64,000 bases of DNA from Nitrosopumilus sp. (GTDB taxonomy: Archaea > Thermoproteota > Nitrososphaeria > Nitrososphaerales > Nitrosopumilaceae): the NCBI GenBank assembly GCA_965223425.1, contig OZ245003.1, positions 1,856,001 to 1,920,000 on the forward strand, in the 5' to 3' direction. Within the stretch, counting starts at the first letter, position 1. Every line of letters begins with the position of its first letter. Position numbers and translations under genes: made by a program. Shown one piece after another: positions 41,075 to 51,879 of this stretch. A model generated the notes under the pieces. The model saw nothing but the letters and a program-made list of their open reading frames with translations, was not told where the DNA came from and did no database searches.

Positions 41075-44000
41075 GTGTTTTTATCAACCCGGAATGCTTT
41101 TAGGCTTTTTAAGAAATTACATATTTTTTGTGATTTGAGCTCAAAGCGATGGCGTCTGGCAAACACGAAAAAGCAGAAAGGACAGCTCTCACAAGTTACA
41201 AAATTCCTTCCAGAAGCGGGGAATCTGTCTGCCTGCTCCGTGATAGTCCCCATAACGATGGACAAAAAAGAGGCGGTGGCCGCCGCCGGGGGCCTGGTCA
41301 GTGCAGGCATACGAAGCTTTGAGCTGTGGTGGGACAGCACGGAGAAGAGCCTCCGGTTCGTACTGGTGGGAGAGTCACAGGATCTCTCAAACTTCAAGCA
41401 GGCCTTTGCAAACATGTACCCCAACGCGTTCTTTGCCGACCTTGATCATACGGTTCCAACATGGTTTGACAAAAAATCAGAATATCAGATATTTGATGTC
41501 AGCACGTACCACGGCCACTATACGGCAGTCTTTGACCAGACCAGGGCGCACCAGATCATAACGCAGATTGCAAACACCATACAGCTATCAAAGCACGCGT
41601 GGATTCAATTTACGTTCAGGTATTACTCGTTTAATTCGTTTTTACGGCGGCACGTCACGCGCCTTGATGAAAAGGCCAGGGAGATAAAGCGCGGCAACTA
41701 TCTTAGCAACACCGAGATTATCATGAACCCGGACAAAAAACCGCATGACCACCCAGAGATGGGATACGACTTTACAAACAACTATGCCGGCCTCCAAAAA
41801 CATGCCACACTCAAGATGCAGAGCGCGCATCTTTTGATGAGCGTCAGGGGCATGATGAGCGGTGACTCCGAGATAAACCTGCACTTTGACGAGATAGAGG
41901 CACTTCCATTAGAAAACATCCACTCAAACCACGAGCATCTGACAAAGTTCCGGTATGATTATGGCGAGTTTTACTCTGACAAATCCAGGAAAACGCGGAT
42001 AAGGACAGGGGGGTCAAAGGAGAATCGCCGCAGGATAGAGATCTTTGAATCGCGTCTGCTGCCGGATCCGCGGCCGTTTCTGGACTCGGCGTCCGGAAGA
42101 TACTTTGAAAGAGGCCTGCTAGGCTACAGGGAGAGGGCACCACTGCCGTTTCTCGTGCTGAATTTATCGGAGATTCCGTTGTTTATCCACCTTCCAAATC
42201 CTACAACACCCAACATCGGCACCACCCGTGGCGTCTCGCTTCCAATAAAACCATCTGCAAAGACGGGCGCAAACATCGGGTTCTTCAAGATCAAAAAGGA
42301 CTTTGACTGGCAGTCAATCTGGGGAGGAATGGAGAAGTCAAAGGACATAGATGCCGCAGTCATATCGCCTACCGACTTTGCCAACCACTTTTACGGGGTG
42401 GGCGCGTCAGGCTCCGGCAAGACTTCGCTGATCAGACTGCTTGCCAAGCATCTCGAAGTCTGGAACAACAACGGCACGTTCCAGAACGCGTTCATATACG
42501 TGGATCCAAAGGGGGATGACTCTCACAAGTTCATAAAACAGTGCGAGCGGGGCACCGTATCGGAGGGACGCGCACATTTTCTTGATCCGCAGGAGACCAG
42601 GTTTTCCATAAACCCGCTGGAGCTTCCAGCATACCAGCCAAAGGAGCGTGAGGAGGTGGTATCAAGATATGTCGGGTATTTTATGAAGACCATCGAGGAG
42701 TGGTACCAGCAGTCGGCAAGCTATGTCCAGATGGAGAGGATATTCCGCGCGCTGCTGTTTTACATCTACATGAGGCATGATGCCCCCACGTTTCTGGACA
42801 TCCATGATATCATACTAAAGCTGCAAGACCGGGGAAATGACGCCCTGCCGCAGATAATCCAGACCTTTGGCGTGCCGGACCCCGAGATGAAGCAGGCCCT
42901 GAACAGCATTGCCACGCTAAAAGGCGATGCCTTTACGCCGCTGTTGAACAGGGTAGAGCAGTTTGCAACCGACCCGGTTCTAAAGAGGATGTTCTCTGTA
43001 CGGCACGGAACGGTAAACTTTGACGAACTGATACAGGCCGGCAGATACACCATAGTTAGGATCTCCCCGCTCAACATGCCCCAGCACGTACAGCCGCTTG
43101 CCATGCAGGCGTTCATACTGAAGCTGTGGTTTACCATACAGGAGAGGGCAAACAAGGTACAAAACGAAAAGGACAGGATACAGGTAGTCTTGGCCCTAGA
43201 CGAGTTTCAGATAGTAAAGGACCTCCAGGTGCTGCAGCTTATGCTGGAGCAGGCAAGGTCGCTTGGACTTGGATTGATCCTGTCACACCAGACCACGGAG
43301 CAGATAAGCGACAAGCAGCTGGGAATAATTTCCGGCAACTCTGGCACGCAGATGATAGGAAAGGTAAACGGCAAGGACGCCTCCAGGATAGCCCAGATAT
43401 GGGATCCACAGTTCCAAAAAGAGTTACAGCAGCAGTTTGCCAGCCAGGAATACTTTCACTGGACCGTCAGGGAAAAGTCACCGCCGGGTGAGGAGCAGCC
43501 GCCCCCCGTACAGTTCTGGCTGAACCTGCCGCCGGCCCTGCTTGTGGTAGATGAGGATTATGACGAGTTTTTACTCGGCCAGCTGGAAAAATACGGCAGG
43601 GGCAGGGTCGAGGATACGGCTACGAGGCAGATGATTACCCAAAAAAGCAAGTGGCTTGAGAACATTACCGTGTCGTTTCCGACACAGATGGAATGGAAGA
43701 TCATGCTCATGCTCAAAGAATCCGACATGAGGCAGGCAGACATGGTGGACAGACTGCGGGTTCAGAACCGGTCAGAGGTTCTTGCCGTCCTGAAGCAGAT
43801 GGTCTCAGACAAGACTCTGGAGAGGATTAATAGTTCCAGAACGTCCCCGTACACCCTGACTGCCAAGGCAAAAAAAGACTATTTCGAGTATGACAGTGCC
43901 GAGATTGGAACCGCACAGGATATCGAGGTGATGACCAAATCCATAGTCTCCACCTATCACAAAAAAGAAATGTTCGTGACAATGGCCGGGCAGAAGATCC

Positions 44001-44245
44001 GCAAGGGGCAGGATAGGACGGATCTTGTCGCCTATGACTATGGTTCCCAGCTTGCAATAAGCGTGGAGATCGAGTCAGAAAGCGAGGTGAACAGTCACCG
44101 GGAGCACGTAAGATACAACATGACAAAGTGGAAGAACATGGGATTCGACCGGTGTCACATGTGGTCCAAGAGCCCCAAGATCCTCAAGATTCACGACTCC
44201 CTTGATGGTGAAGAAAAAAAGGATGTAAGGTTGATGTCTATTTGA
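41075..44245 (+). CDS. VirD4/TraG/HerA-like ATPase with C-terminal wHTH and PD-(D/E)xK-like domain
   Basis: GASGSGKT Walker A, YVDPKGD, SINPL, LALDEFQ Walker B, ARSLGLGLILSHQ; C-terminal DLVAY...VEIE; start uncertain. Confidence 0.85.
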   Translation: MFLSTRNAFRLFKKLHIFCDLSSKRWRLANTKKQKGQLSQVTKFLPEAGNLSACSVIVPITMDKKEAVAAAGGLVSAGIRSFELWWDSTEKSLRFVLVGESQDLSNFKQAFANMYPNAFFADLDHTVPTWFDKKSEYQIFDVSTYHGHYTAVFDQTRAHQIITQIANTIQLSKHAWIQFTFRYYSFNSFLRRHVTRLDEKAREIKRGNYLSNTEIIMNPDKKPHDHPEMGYDFTNNYAGLQKHATLKMQSAHLLMSVRGMMSGDSEINLHFDEIEALPLENIHSNHEHLTKFRYDYGEFYSDKSRKTRIRTGGSKENRRRIEIFESRLLPDPRPFLDSASGRYFERGLLGYRERAPLPFLVLNLSEIPLFIHLPNPTTPNIGTTRGVSLPIKPSAKTGANIGFFKIKKDFDWQSIWGGMEKSKDIDAAVISPTDFANHFYGVGASGSGKTSLIRLLAKHLEVWNNNGTFQNAFIYVDPKGDDSHKFIKQCERGTVSEGRAHFLDPQETRFSINPLELPAYQPKEREEVVSRYVGYFMKTIEEWYQQSASYVQMERIFRALLFYIYMRHDAPTFLDIHDIILKLQDRGNDALPQIIQTFGVPDPEMKQALNSIATLKGDAFTPLLNRVEQFATDPVLKRMFSVRHGTVNFDELIQAGRYTIVRISPLNMPQHVQPLAMQAFILKLWFTIQERANKVQNEKDRIQVVLALDEFQIVKDLQVLQLMLEQARSLGLGLILSHQTTEQISDKQLGIISGNSGTQMIGKVNGKDASRIAQIWDPQFQKELQQQFASQEYFHWTVREKSPPGEEQPPPVQFWLNLPPALLVVDEDYDEFLLGQLEKYGRGRVEDTATRQMITQKSKWLENITVSFPTQMEWKIMLMLKESDMRQADMVDRLRVQNRSEVLAVLKQMVSDKTLERINSSRTSPYTLTAKAKKDYFEYDSAEIGTAQDIEVMTKSIVSTYHKKEMFVTMAGQKIRKGQDRTDLVAYDYGSQLAISVEIESESEVNSHREHVRYNMTKWKNMGFDRCHMWSKSPKILKIHDSLDGEEKKDVRLMSI

Positions 44246-44491
44246 TTCTGAACTTTTCCCGCGCGCTCATCTTTGTGTACATGACGGGTTTGTCTTTGGA
44301 TTCTTGCCGGTCATCCTTCATTGCCTCATCAAAGGCCCTCTCATACATGTCGATGTCTGTAAGGTCTTTTTTTGTCAGATCCTTGTCTGAAGGCATCAGG
44401 AAGACTTTTCCATTGATCGGACAAAATTTCATGTTCTTGCCTGGCTTTACCCCCATGTAATGAACGATTGGCCCTGGCACCGACATGATGT
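44238..44491 (-). pseudogene. AbrB/MazE-like protein, 5'-truncated by ISH3
   Basis: SVPGPIVHYMGVKPGKNMKF...GKVFLMP swapped-hairpin pattern. Confidence 0.55.
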
Positions 44492-45858
44492 CAGTAGTTC
44501 CCAGATGTAGATTTACCGCAACCGCAACTGGCATCGGTTCTACTTGCCTCGATCATTGACAAACAACTCGTTTCTGCTTGTAATGTACACGATAAACAAC
44601 GCCATGGTGAGTTTTTTTCCCGCAGAAGACACTCTTCCATGCCTCTTTCCCGCATCAAGGCAGAACCTGGCAATCCTCCACAGGTTGTACAGCAGCAGCG
44701 GCAGGTAAAACATCAGCAGCCTCACAGACAGGGAGTTGCTGCATGTCCTGCCCATGATCTCCTTTATGACGCGAAACCCCGTCTCGATGCCCCATCTTGC
44801 GGTACTGCTCCGGTATGATGCCTGTCATGGCTCTGGCGCTCCTGATGGGAATGTTTGTTGCAAACGCAATGTATTGCTCCTCCCCCTCCTCTTCCCCCTC
44901 CTCCTTTTTCTTCTTCTTCCTGTCTCTTTTGACAATTACAAGGTTGTAGGTCACAGTTACGCCGTCTTTGTTGGTCATTGACTGCTGCGATACCTGGCTT
45001 GCCTTTCCGTCCTTGTACATCTTGACTGTCTTTTTGATCTTGGAGTTCATGATGACAGGCATAATGTAGCGGCACCCGCCCTTTCCTGCCTCTGTCATGC
45101 AGTCAACGTTGTAAAAGGCGCGGTCGTACAGGAACACAGTCTTTGAGTGTGCGCCCCCTCTGAGGATTTTCGTGCGTGTTTTGGCTATAAAATCGGCCAG
45201 CTTTTCCTTTGCCGGTAGTAGCTTCGATTCCAGGACAATCTGCGAGGAGTCCCTGCCGACTCCGTGCACTGCGACATACGAGAGAAACGTGGATGTTCCT
45301 GCCCTTGGACGCGACTTTCTTGTATGCTCCTGCAGCTGCTCCCCATGGTATGGTATGTCCGTAACGTCTATTGCAATGGCGTCGATGTCCTGCAGCATTC
45401 CTGTATGGCGGGCGTGCCGCACCGTGCGTGCCAGCGTCCTTGCACACCAGGCCTGCACGTCTGCCGGTTTGACGCCACGGACTGCAGACATGACCAGGTC
45501 TGCATCAGGCGTACGTGCACCCGTGTCTTGAAGCCTGTTGCGCCGTACGGGGGATTCTACAAACGTGTTTCTCTCAGACGCCTTGATTGGCACGTCCAGT
45601 ATGTCATTGCATCCGTATACGGCGTTGTGCCTCTCAGACATTGGCATGCCAAGCTTTTGAAACGACGAGCGCAGGATTTTAAACCGGTTTGATGCTATGT
45701 TGTACTGGCGTGCGATCAGTTCGTCATGTAATTCGACTTTCATGACATATTGCACGCCGTAGCCTAATCTGGATCTTTGCATTGCAGTTATGCGGTAACG
45801 CACCGGCATCTGGGCACAAACCTACATCTGGGCACAAACCTACATCTGGGAACTACTG
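44492..45858 (-). mobile_element. ISH3-family element, transposase frameshifted
   Basis: same IRs, ATGT on both sides; 2-bp deletion in the YRKRWG codons near 44797. Confidence 0.93.
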
Positions 45859-45925
45859 ATGTACCGATAACTTCACAGAACCGGAGTTCTGAAACATCTA
45901 AATAGATTTGATGTAGACGAAATTT

Positions 45926-46135
45926 ATGCCTGAAATCATATGTCCTGACTGTGGAAAACGACTGTTTCACGAGAATGAGACCACTTTGAAGGTACAAGAG
46001 ACGGTTCATTCAAAGTTCTGCAGAAAAAAGGAGGGTGAAACGCACAGTTACATGCACAGAGATCCGGCACACATGGAAACTTTTGATTCAGAAAGAGAAA
46101 ATGATTCAGCAGGCGCGGCCGTTTTAAAAAAATAA
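45926..46135 (+). CDS. small zinc-finger protein
   Basis: CPDCGK...HSKFC. Confidence 0.7.
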   Translation: MPEIICPDCGKRLFHENETTLKVQETVHSKFCRKKEGETHSYMHRDPAHMETFDSERENDSAGAAVLKK

Positions 46136-46186
46136 TTCCCACAATATAGCCCAGAATTATATCCTAGGACAGGGGATGCTAGTCAC

Positions 46187-47401
46187 TTGTCAGAAGAATT
46201 CGATTATGATTTAGTGGTTGTAGGAGGGGGTCCTGCAGGGTCGTCTGCAGCATTTGCAGCTGCTAAAAATGGAGTCAGAGTCGCATTACTTGAAAAAGAG
46301 AATTCAATTGCAGAAACAGTAAGAACCAGCGGAGTTACATGGATTCAAAATATCAAAGAGTTTGGAATTCCCGATAATTGCTATAATCCAATTAAAAATT
46401 TTTCGTTTTGTTCGCCAAATAATGAGGTGACAATTGGCGATTCGATTCCAAGGGCGGCAGTCCTGGATGTAAGAAAAACATACAGATGGCTAGCTAATCA
46501 GGCAAAAAAAGAGGGGGCAGATATTTTTGTTAAAACTAATGTTAAGGAAGTTATTAAAAATTACAAAGGAGACATTGTTGGGGTAAGTGGGAGCGGGCCT
46601 AACGGGGAAACTACATTTCATTCTAAAATAGTAATTGATGCAAGCGGGTTTCCTTCAACAGTATGCAAGGCAATGGGACTTGCAACCCAATGGGAAAGAT
46701 TTGGCGCGGGGGCAGAATATGAAGTGAAAGCAGAGAATGTAGATTCTCAAACATGGTGGCTAATGGTAGGACAGCAGTATTCTCCTGCAGGATATGCATG
46801 GATTTTTCCTTTAGGAAACAATATTGTAAGAATTGGGGTGGGTGTAGGAAAACCCGAATCGGATGTGGATCCAACACAGAGACTCGAAGAAATAATGGAT
46901 GCAAAGTTGGGTCCGATAAAAAAACTAGGAAAAATAACACCGATTGAATTTCATTATGGGCTAATTCCAAATGATGGTTTGTCAAGAAAGACAGTTTTTA
47001 ACAATTTGATGTTAGTTGGGGATTCAGCCGGACAGGCAAATCCACTTGTTTTAGAAGGAATAAGATACGCAATAAAATTTGGAAGGGTTGCAGGGCAAAC
47101 TGCCTCTGATGCCATACAGTCTGGAAAAACAGACAAAGAAGCACTTTGCCCATATGAAGAGAATTGGAGAAAAGAGATTGAATCAAAAATAAAATCCGCA
47201 GGAAAGGTTCAAGACAGATGGATTGGGCTATCAGATGAAGAATGGGACAGGGAGCTAGACGTCATAAAAGAGTTGAAGCCCGAAGAATTTCTTGATTTCA
47301 TAAAGGCGGATTTTGGATTATCCAATATGATAAAATTAGCAACACGCCATCCAAAACTTGCTGTAAGGCAGCTCTTCAACTTGGTAAAAGGAAAAAATTA
47401 A
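46187..47401 (+). CDS. geranylgeranyl reductase family FAD oxidoreductase
   Basis: VVGGGPAG, GYAWIFP, VGDSAGQANPL..EGI. Confidence 0.92.
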   Translation: MSEEFDYDLVVVGGGPAGSSAAFAAAKNGVRVALLEKENSIAETVRTSGVTWIQNIKEFGIPDNCYNPIKNFSFCSPNNEVTIGDSIPRAAVLDVRKTYRWLANQAKKEGADIFVKTNVKEVIKNYKGDIVGVSGSGPNGETTFHSKIVIDASGFPSTVCKAMGLATQWERFGAGAEYEVKAENVDSQTWWLMVGQQYSPAGYAWIFPLGNNIVRIGVGVGKPESDVDPTQRLEEIMDAKLGPIKKLGKITPIEFHYGLIPNDGLSRKTVFNNLMLVGDSAGQANPLVLEGIRYAIKFGRVAGQTASDAIQSGKTDKEALCPYEENWRKEIESKIKSAGKVQDRWIGLSDEEWDRELDVIKELKPEEFLDFIKADFGLSNMIKLATRHPKLAVRQLFNLVKGKN

Positions 47402-50365
47402 TTATTTTACAGCAAAAAAGTCTGTTACCACAACATCATGGTATTGTAACCGGACAACATAGACTCCAGGATCAAATGGTTGTGACAGGACTTCATTAAA
47501 CAGTCCTGTTGGATCATCTTTGAGGGCGATTTCTTCTACATGATTGCCTTGTTGATCATAGATATCAATGAAGAGATCTTCGCTGAATTGTGTAGTTTTT
47601 AGAACACGTCCAGTTATGACAAGTTTGTCTCCATCATAAGCTGCTTCAATAGGAGCTGTGGGATTCCTTATTGGAAGATACCGTTCAATGATGGTTCTTA
47701 ATTCATGTAGATTGTCATTTACACCTTCAGCATTTTTGTCAGTGAAGCCAAATTTAATTTCGTTAATGACAGATGCAAACCTGGAATTATCATGGAAATT
47801 TTCACCGCCGAATTTTTGTGCAAACGATTCTAATTCATCAAATTCGCGTGCCAAGTCAACCATGTCCAAATCAGCTTTGCTGTATTGAGTGTCAAACTCT
47901 TCTTCAATATGAACAATTTGTGTAGCCCTGGAGTCCAGATACTGTAGTGACACAACGTAAAGTCCCGGATCTGTTGGAGCAACCCACTGGGTGTAAAAAT
48001 TCCCTTGCCTAGTATCAGTAAATTCTAGATTGCTGTGAATGCTGCCATCCATTTTGTAAATAGTGAGATAGAGATTTTCTCTGTAATCAAAACGGGATTT
48101 TTCAGTCGCACCCCGTAGAATCCAAACTTCTTTTTCAGGATCAAATGAAATATCATAGATGATGTTATCTGCATGTAAAACTAAATGGTCACTAAGATAA
48201 TCTCCAATTTCTGTTATCTTGGATTCAGCATCGACAAAGTTTGCAATTTCAATTAATTCATAAGCTTCATCCATCATCTGATTATACTCACTTGCATATG
48301 CGGCAAACTCATTGTTGTAGAAATTAGACACCATGTCCGAGTAAGCCTCTAGTTTTTCACGAAATTCAATACGTTTTATTTCATCTACAGTGTATCCAAC
48401 ATCAGAGCCATTAGGATCATCAGTATAAGCTGTTGAAACAAGAGTCCACTCATCAAATAAATCTCCGACTAGTGCATCAGCTTGATCAAGATCATTTTCA
48501 ATTACAAGATCTCTTACATCGTCAATTTTTTCATTTAGTTTTTCAGTGAACTCAACATAATTTGGCAAAAATCTATTTTTAGTTAAGCTTAGCTCAACTA
48601 GGTTTTCAAGAGATTTTGCTCGCTGTAAAATGTCACTGGCACGGATTTTGAACGCATCTTTATTGTAAGAATCCAAATCTGTTTTTATTTGAGGGGCTTT
48701 TTCACTAACCCAAGTTAACAGAACCTCAATTCTATCAATTCTAGTAATAGACGGATTACCAGATTCCATTTGTTTGGCAGTGCCTAAAATTTTCAATGCG
48801 TTATCAATTAGGAATAGATTTTGATAATCTGCTTGAATTTCAGCTTTTGTCTTCATGGATTTGTATTGGAATTCCAAAACTGTCAATGGGTTTCGTTTTT
48901 CTCTAAGTTCAGTCATTGATTGATCAAATGCAGAGACAATCTCTAAAATCTCATCTGTGGATTGGGCATTCTCAACTCTTTCCAAAAGGGATTCCCAATC
49001 AGATACAAGTGCTGAGTCAATGCCGCTTGATTGCGAAATCTCAACACTCTTGTTAATTCGTGCAGAAATATCTATAATCTGAGTCATTTGGGAGATTTTA
49101 GACTCAGAGTCTAGTATGTCATTGACGGAAGTTGCTGATGCTAAATCAGATTCCAGGCCATCCCAATCAGGCATTAAGAGATTTGCAAGTTCGCTGTTTT
49201 CTTCAGAATCAGAAGAGATGAATCTTTCAACATCGTCTAATGCTCTCAAAAGTATTGCTGCTTGATATAATTCTGAAACACTAGCACTGGAGGCAAGTAA
49301 TTCCCCAATGGATGCTTTTTCTTGTAATGATGGCTTTAGAGATTCCCAACTATTTTGCACTAGTGTGTAAAGATCGCTTTGTTTTCTTGAGATAACATCA
49401 AGGTATCTAGATTTGGAAAGAACGTCAATGAGTTCAGTAATTTCATTAGAATAAACAGGGGCAGTTCCTCGAGCAAAGATAAATCCAACTTCATGTTTTA
49501 CATCTCTACTCATTATGGTGCCAGCCTTTTTCATCAAGTTCAGTAGTGTTTCTTCTAACTCATCAAAAGTTGGTGTTCTTTGAGTAGTTTTTTCAGGGGT
49601 TACATTTCTTACATCAACAAAAGCATCAGTTAGCAAGCCAATAGCCTTAGTTTTATCATCAATTTCATAGTAAAATACTGCTGCAAAAATTGTTCTGTCA
49701 ATGGATTTTGCAATATCAAAAGATATTTCATCATCATTTAGTAGTTGTTGCACCGAATCTAATGATGAAGATATCGCAGGCCTGATTAAAGGATCTATTT
49801 CAAAAAGTAGCTCCTCTACAAAAAATTCATCCCACAAGTCAACGTAAGCAGATTCTAGATCAGATATGTCAGTAGAGGTCTGGTTTGATACAGGAGATGA
49901 AATATCAAATATTTCATTGATTAAAGATTCTTGATCAGATACCAAGGTTTGTGCTAAAGAAGTTTTTTGATCATTGTTTGGTTCAGAAAAAGAGTCAGAA
50001 GAAACATCAAATGTTGTAGATTTTGAATAGTCACCGTAGAACAGCTTAATCTCATATTCACCAGGAAGACCACAGATTCTACCTTTTAGGGGAATAACGT
50101 CTGTGATAAAAACACCGTTTGGAAGCGGTGTGAGTTGTTGAATTTGACACAAGTCTCCTTGAGGGTTAATAATTTGCATGATCAGAAAGGAATCATCTAC
50201 AATGCTTGCAACTTGTCCATAGATGAATAATGGTTCACCGCGGTCATAGGTGCCAAAAGTGTCAAGAAGTGTGATCCGATCAGAGCTTTGAGCAGACGCA
50301 TATGCGGGCACCAAAACAAGCGCAATTAGCCCCAATACAATTGGAATTTGTCTCACAAAGATCAA
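47402..50365 (-). CDS. large secreted/surface hypothetical protein
   Basis: 987 aa, signal peptide, acidic, Ig-like terminal modules (PGEY, PGLY, PGVY) around a helical core. Confidence 0.85.
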   Translation of the reverse strand: MIFVRQIPIVLGLIALVLVPAYASAQSSDRITLLDTFGTYDRGEPLFIYGQVASIVDDSFLIMQIINPQGDLCQIQQLTPLPNGVFITDVIPLKGRICGLPGEYEIKLFYGDYSKSTTFDVSSDSFSEPNNDQKTSLAQTLVSDQESLINEIFDISSPVSNQTSTDISDLESAYVDLWDEFFVEELLFEIDPLIRPAISSSLDSVQQLLNDDEISFDIAKSIDRTIFAAVFYYEIDDKTKAIGLLTDAFVDVRNVTPEKTTQRTPTFDELEETLLNLMKKAGTIMSRDVKHEVGFIFARGTAPVYSNEITELIDVLSKSRYLDVISRKQSDLYTLVQNSWESLKPSLQEKASIGELLASSASVSELYQAAILLRALDDVERFISSDSEENSELANLLMPDWDGLESDLASATSVNDILDSESKISQMTQIIDISARINKSVEISQSSGIDSALVSDWESLLERVENAQSTDEILEIVSAFDQSMTELREKRNPLTVLEFQYKSMKTKAEIQADYQNLFLIDNALKILGTAKQMESGNPSITRIDRIEVLLTWVSEKAPQIKTDLDSYNKDAFKIRASDILQRAKSLENLVELSLTKNRFLPNYVEFTEKLNEKIDDVRDLVIENDLDQADALVGDLFDEWTLVSTAYTDDPNGSDVGYTVDEIKRIEFREKLEAYSDMVSNFYNNEFAAYASEYNQMMDEAYELIEIANFVDAESKITEIGDYLSDHLVLHADNIIYDISFDPEKEVWILRGATEKSRFDYRENLYLTIYKMDGSIHSNLEFTDTRQGNFYTQWVAPTDPGLYVVSLQYLDSRATQIVHIEEEFDTQYSKADLDMVDLAREFDELESFAQKFGGENFHDNSRFASVINEIKFGFTDKNAEGVNDNLHELRTIIERYLPIRNPTAPIEAAYDGDKLVITGRVLKTTQFSEDLFIDIYDQQGNHVEEIALKDDPTGLFNEVLSQPFDPGVYVVRLQYHDVVVTDFFAVK

Positions 50366-50419
50366 CCCGCTGCTTGTCTTACTTAAAACTTGGGCAGTAA
50401 TTATACTAACACGAGTTAG

Positions 50420-50656
50420 TTAGATAAAAACAAGATATAGGGCAACTACCAAAGAGTAGTTCTCTGACTTTATTTGTGGCACAGTATTGGTCTGGTTGGA
50501 TTTCAAAGGCATGCAAATTGAATGGAATTGCTCAATTGTACATAATGCACATTTTTGACAAATCATGCTGTTTGGTTTCATACATTGAGGACATTTTGTA
50601 TTCTCAGTTAATTTTCCACCACAGCGTCGGCATGATTCGTCAGGCAACCTATTCAA
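50420..50656 (-). CDS. small Cys-rich zinc-ribbon protein
   Basis: CRRC, CPQC, CQKC, HSIC. Confidence 0.65.
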   Translation of the reverse strand: MNRLPDESCRRCGGKLTENTKCPQCMKPNSMICQKCALCTIEQFHSICMPLKSNQTNTVPQIKSENYSLVVALYLVFI

Positions 50657-50756
50657 ATTAGGTTAATGAAAATTGAATATAAGGCACACGTAAAAGTTGT
50701 TCATCTCAGAGATCAGTAAGACGAAGATTATAATGTAAATAAAAAAAATCAAAACT

Positions 50757-51404
50757 ATGGATAAGGTCAGAGAAACATTTGACAGGTGGGCTCAAAATGG
50801 AAGGGCAGAACTAATGGAGACAGAACATGGAAAAAATGTATCAAAATTTTTGCACACCATACCATTTGATGAGCCATTTATCTTTCTTGATGTAGGATGT
50901 GGGAATGGATGGGTCGTAAGAAAAATTGCACAAGAAAAAAACTGCAAGAAAGCCATAGGCATTGACAAAAGCAAAAAGATGATTCTTCAATCTAAAAAGA
51001 AGATGGCCAGTAACAAAGAAGAGTTTTTTCACACAGACATTGAATCAATGAAATACAAGGGAAAGTTTGATTTTATTTTTTCAATGGAGTCACTTTACTA
51101 TGCAGATTCTATTGAAGTGGCACTTGAAAAGATATACAAACTTCTAAAACCGAGTGGAAAGTGTTTCTGTGGAACAGATTTTTACACAGATAATAAAGCA
51201 ACAGCCAGATGGGCAAACGTTATGGAAATACAGATGCATTTACATTCAAAAAAAGAATGGAAGTCGTTTTTTCAAAACGCAGGTTTTAGTGTGAGAGCAA
51301 AACATATCAAAGATTTGAAAAGTAGAAAAAAATGGAAAAGAGAATTTGGAACTTTATTCATAATAGGCACAAAACCTCAAGCAATACTCAAATTCAAGAA
51401 ATGA
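50757..51404 (+). CDS. class I SAM-dependent methyltransferase
   Basis: FLDVGCGNG, FDFIFS, LLKPSG. Confidence 0.92.
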   Translation: MDKVRETFDRWAQNGRAELMETEHGKNVSKFLHTIPFDEPFIFLDVGCGNGWVVRKIAQEKNCKKAIGIDKSKKMILQSKKKMASNKEEFFHTDIESMKYKGKFDFIFSMESLYYADSIEVALEKIYKLLKPSGKCFCGTDFYTDNKATARWANVMEIQMHLHSKKEWKSFFQNAGFSVRAKHIKDLKSRKKWKREFGTLFIIGTKPQAILKFKK

Positions 51405-51415
51405 GTAATAGTTTC

Positions 51416-51699
51416 ATGTGAGCTGGAGCACGACACGCTGCTACGGCAGAGGAAACTCCTCCCCCCATACAGGAAATGTGATCCGGAGATGGATAATCAG
51501 AGATGGTTGGCAACGGAGCAGAAAAAAATCCAACATGGCGCACAATGATGGTAAAACCTGAGATTTCCATAGAAGGAATGAAAAAAGCCGACCCACATGG
51601 AGTAAGGCCAAACAGAACTAAGAGTTCCTGTACTAAGTTCAGGTAGGCTGCAAAGCGAAATATCGTGAAAACAGAAGGAGGGTTACTCCCAGCACACAT
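51416..51699 (+). ncRNA. rnpB: RNase P RNA (archaeal)
   Basis: P4 motifs GAGGAAACTCCTCC and AACAGAAGGAGGGTTACT; terminal helix ATGTGAGCTGG/CCAGCACACAT. Confidence 0.9.
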
Positions 51700-51879
51700 A
51701 ATTTACTATAATTCGAATATGTAAAAATCAATTAGCAGTAATTGGGGGGATGTTGTGGGAGATATTTTATAATTGATTCCCCATTGTTTGTCTGTTATTT
51801 CTTGATGAATCATAAAATGATGTTGCACCGTATTGTCAGATCCATGCTATCACCAAATGTTTACAAAATAATCTGTTTT

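Larger units (their letters stand above)
36824..45882. mobile_element. IS6-like-end-bounded composite (pseudo-compound) transposon, 9059 bp
   Basis: ends GGTTCTGTGAAGTT(G/A)TCGGTACAT; perfect 8-bp TSD GGAGTTCT (36816-36823, 45883-45890). Confidence 0.85.
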
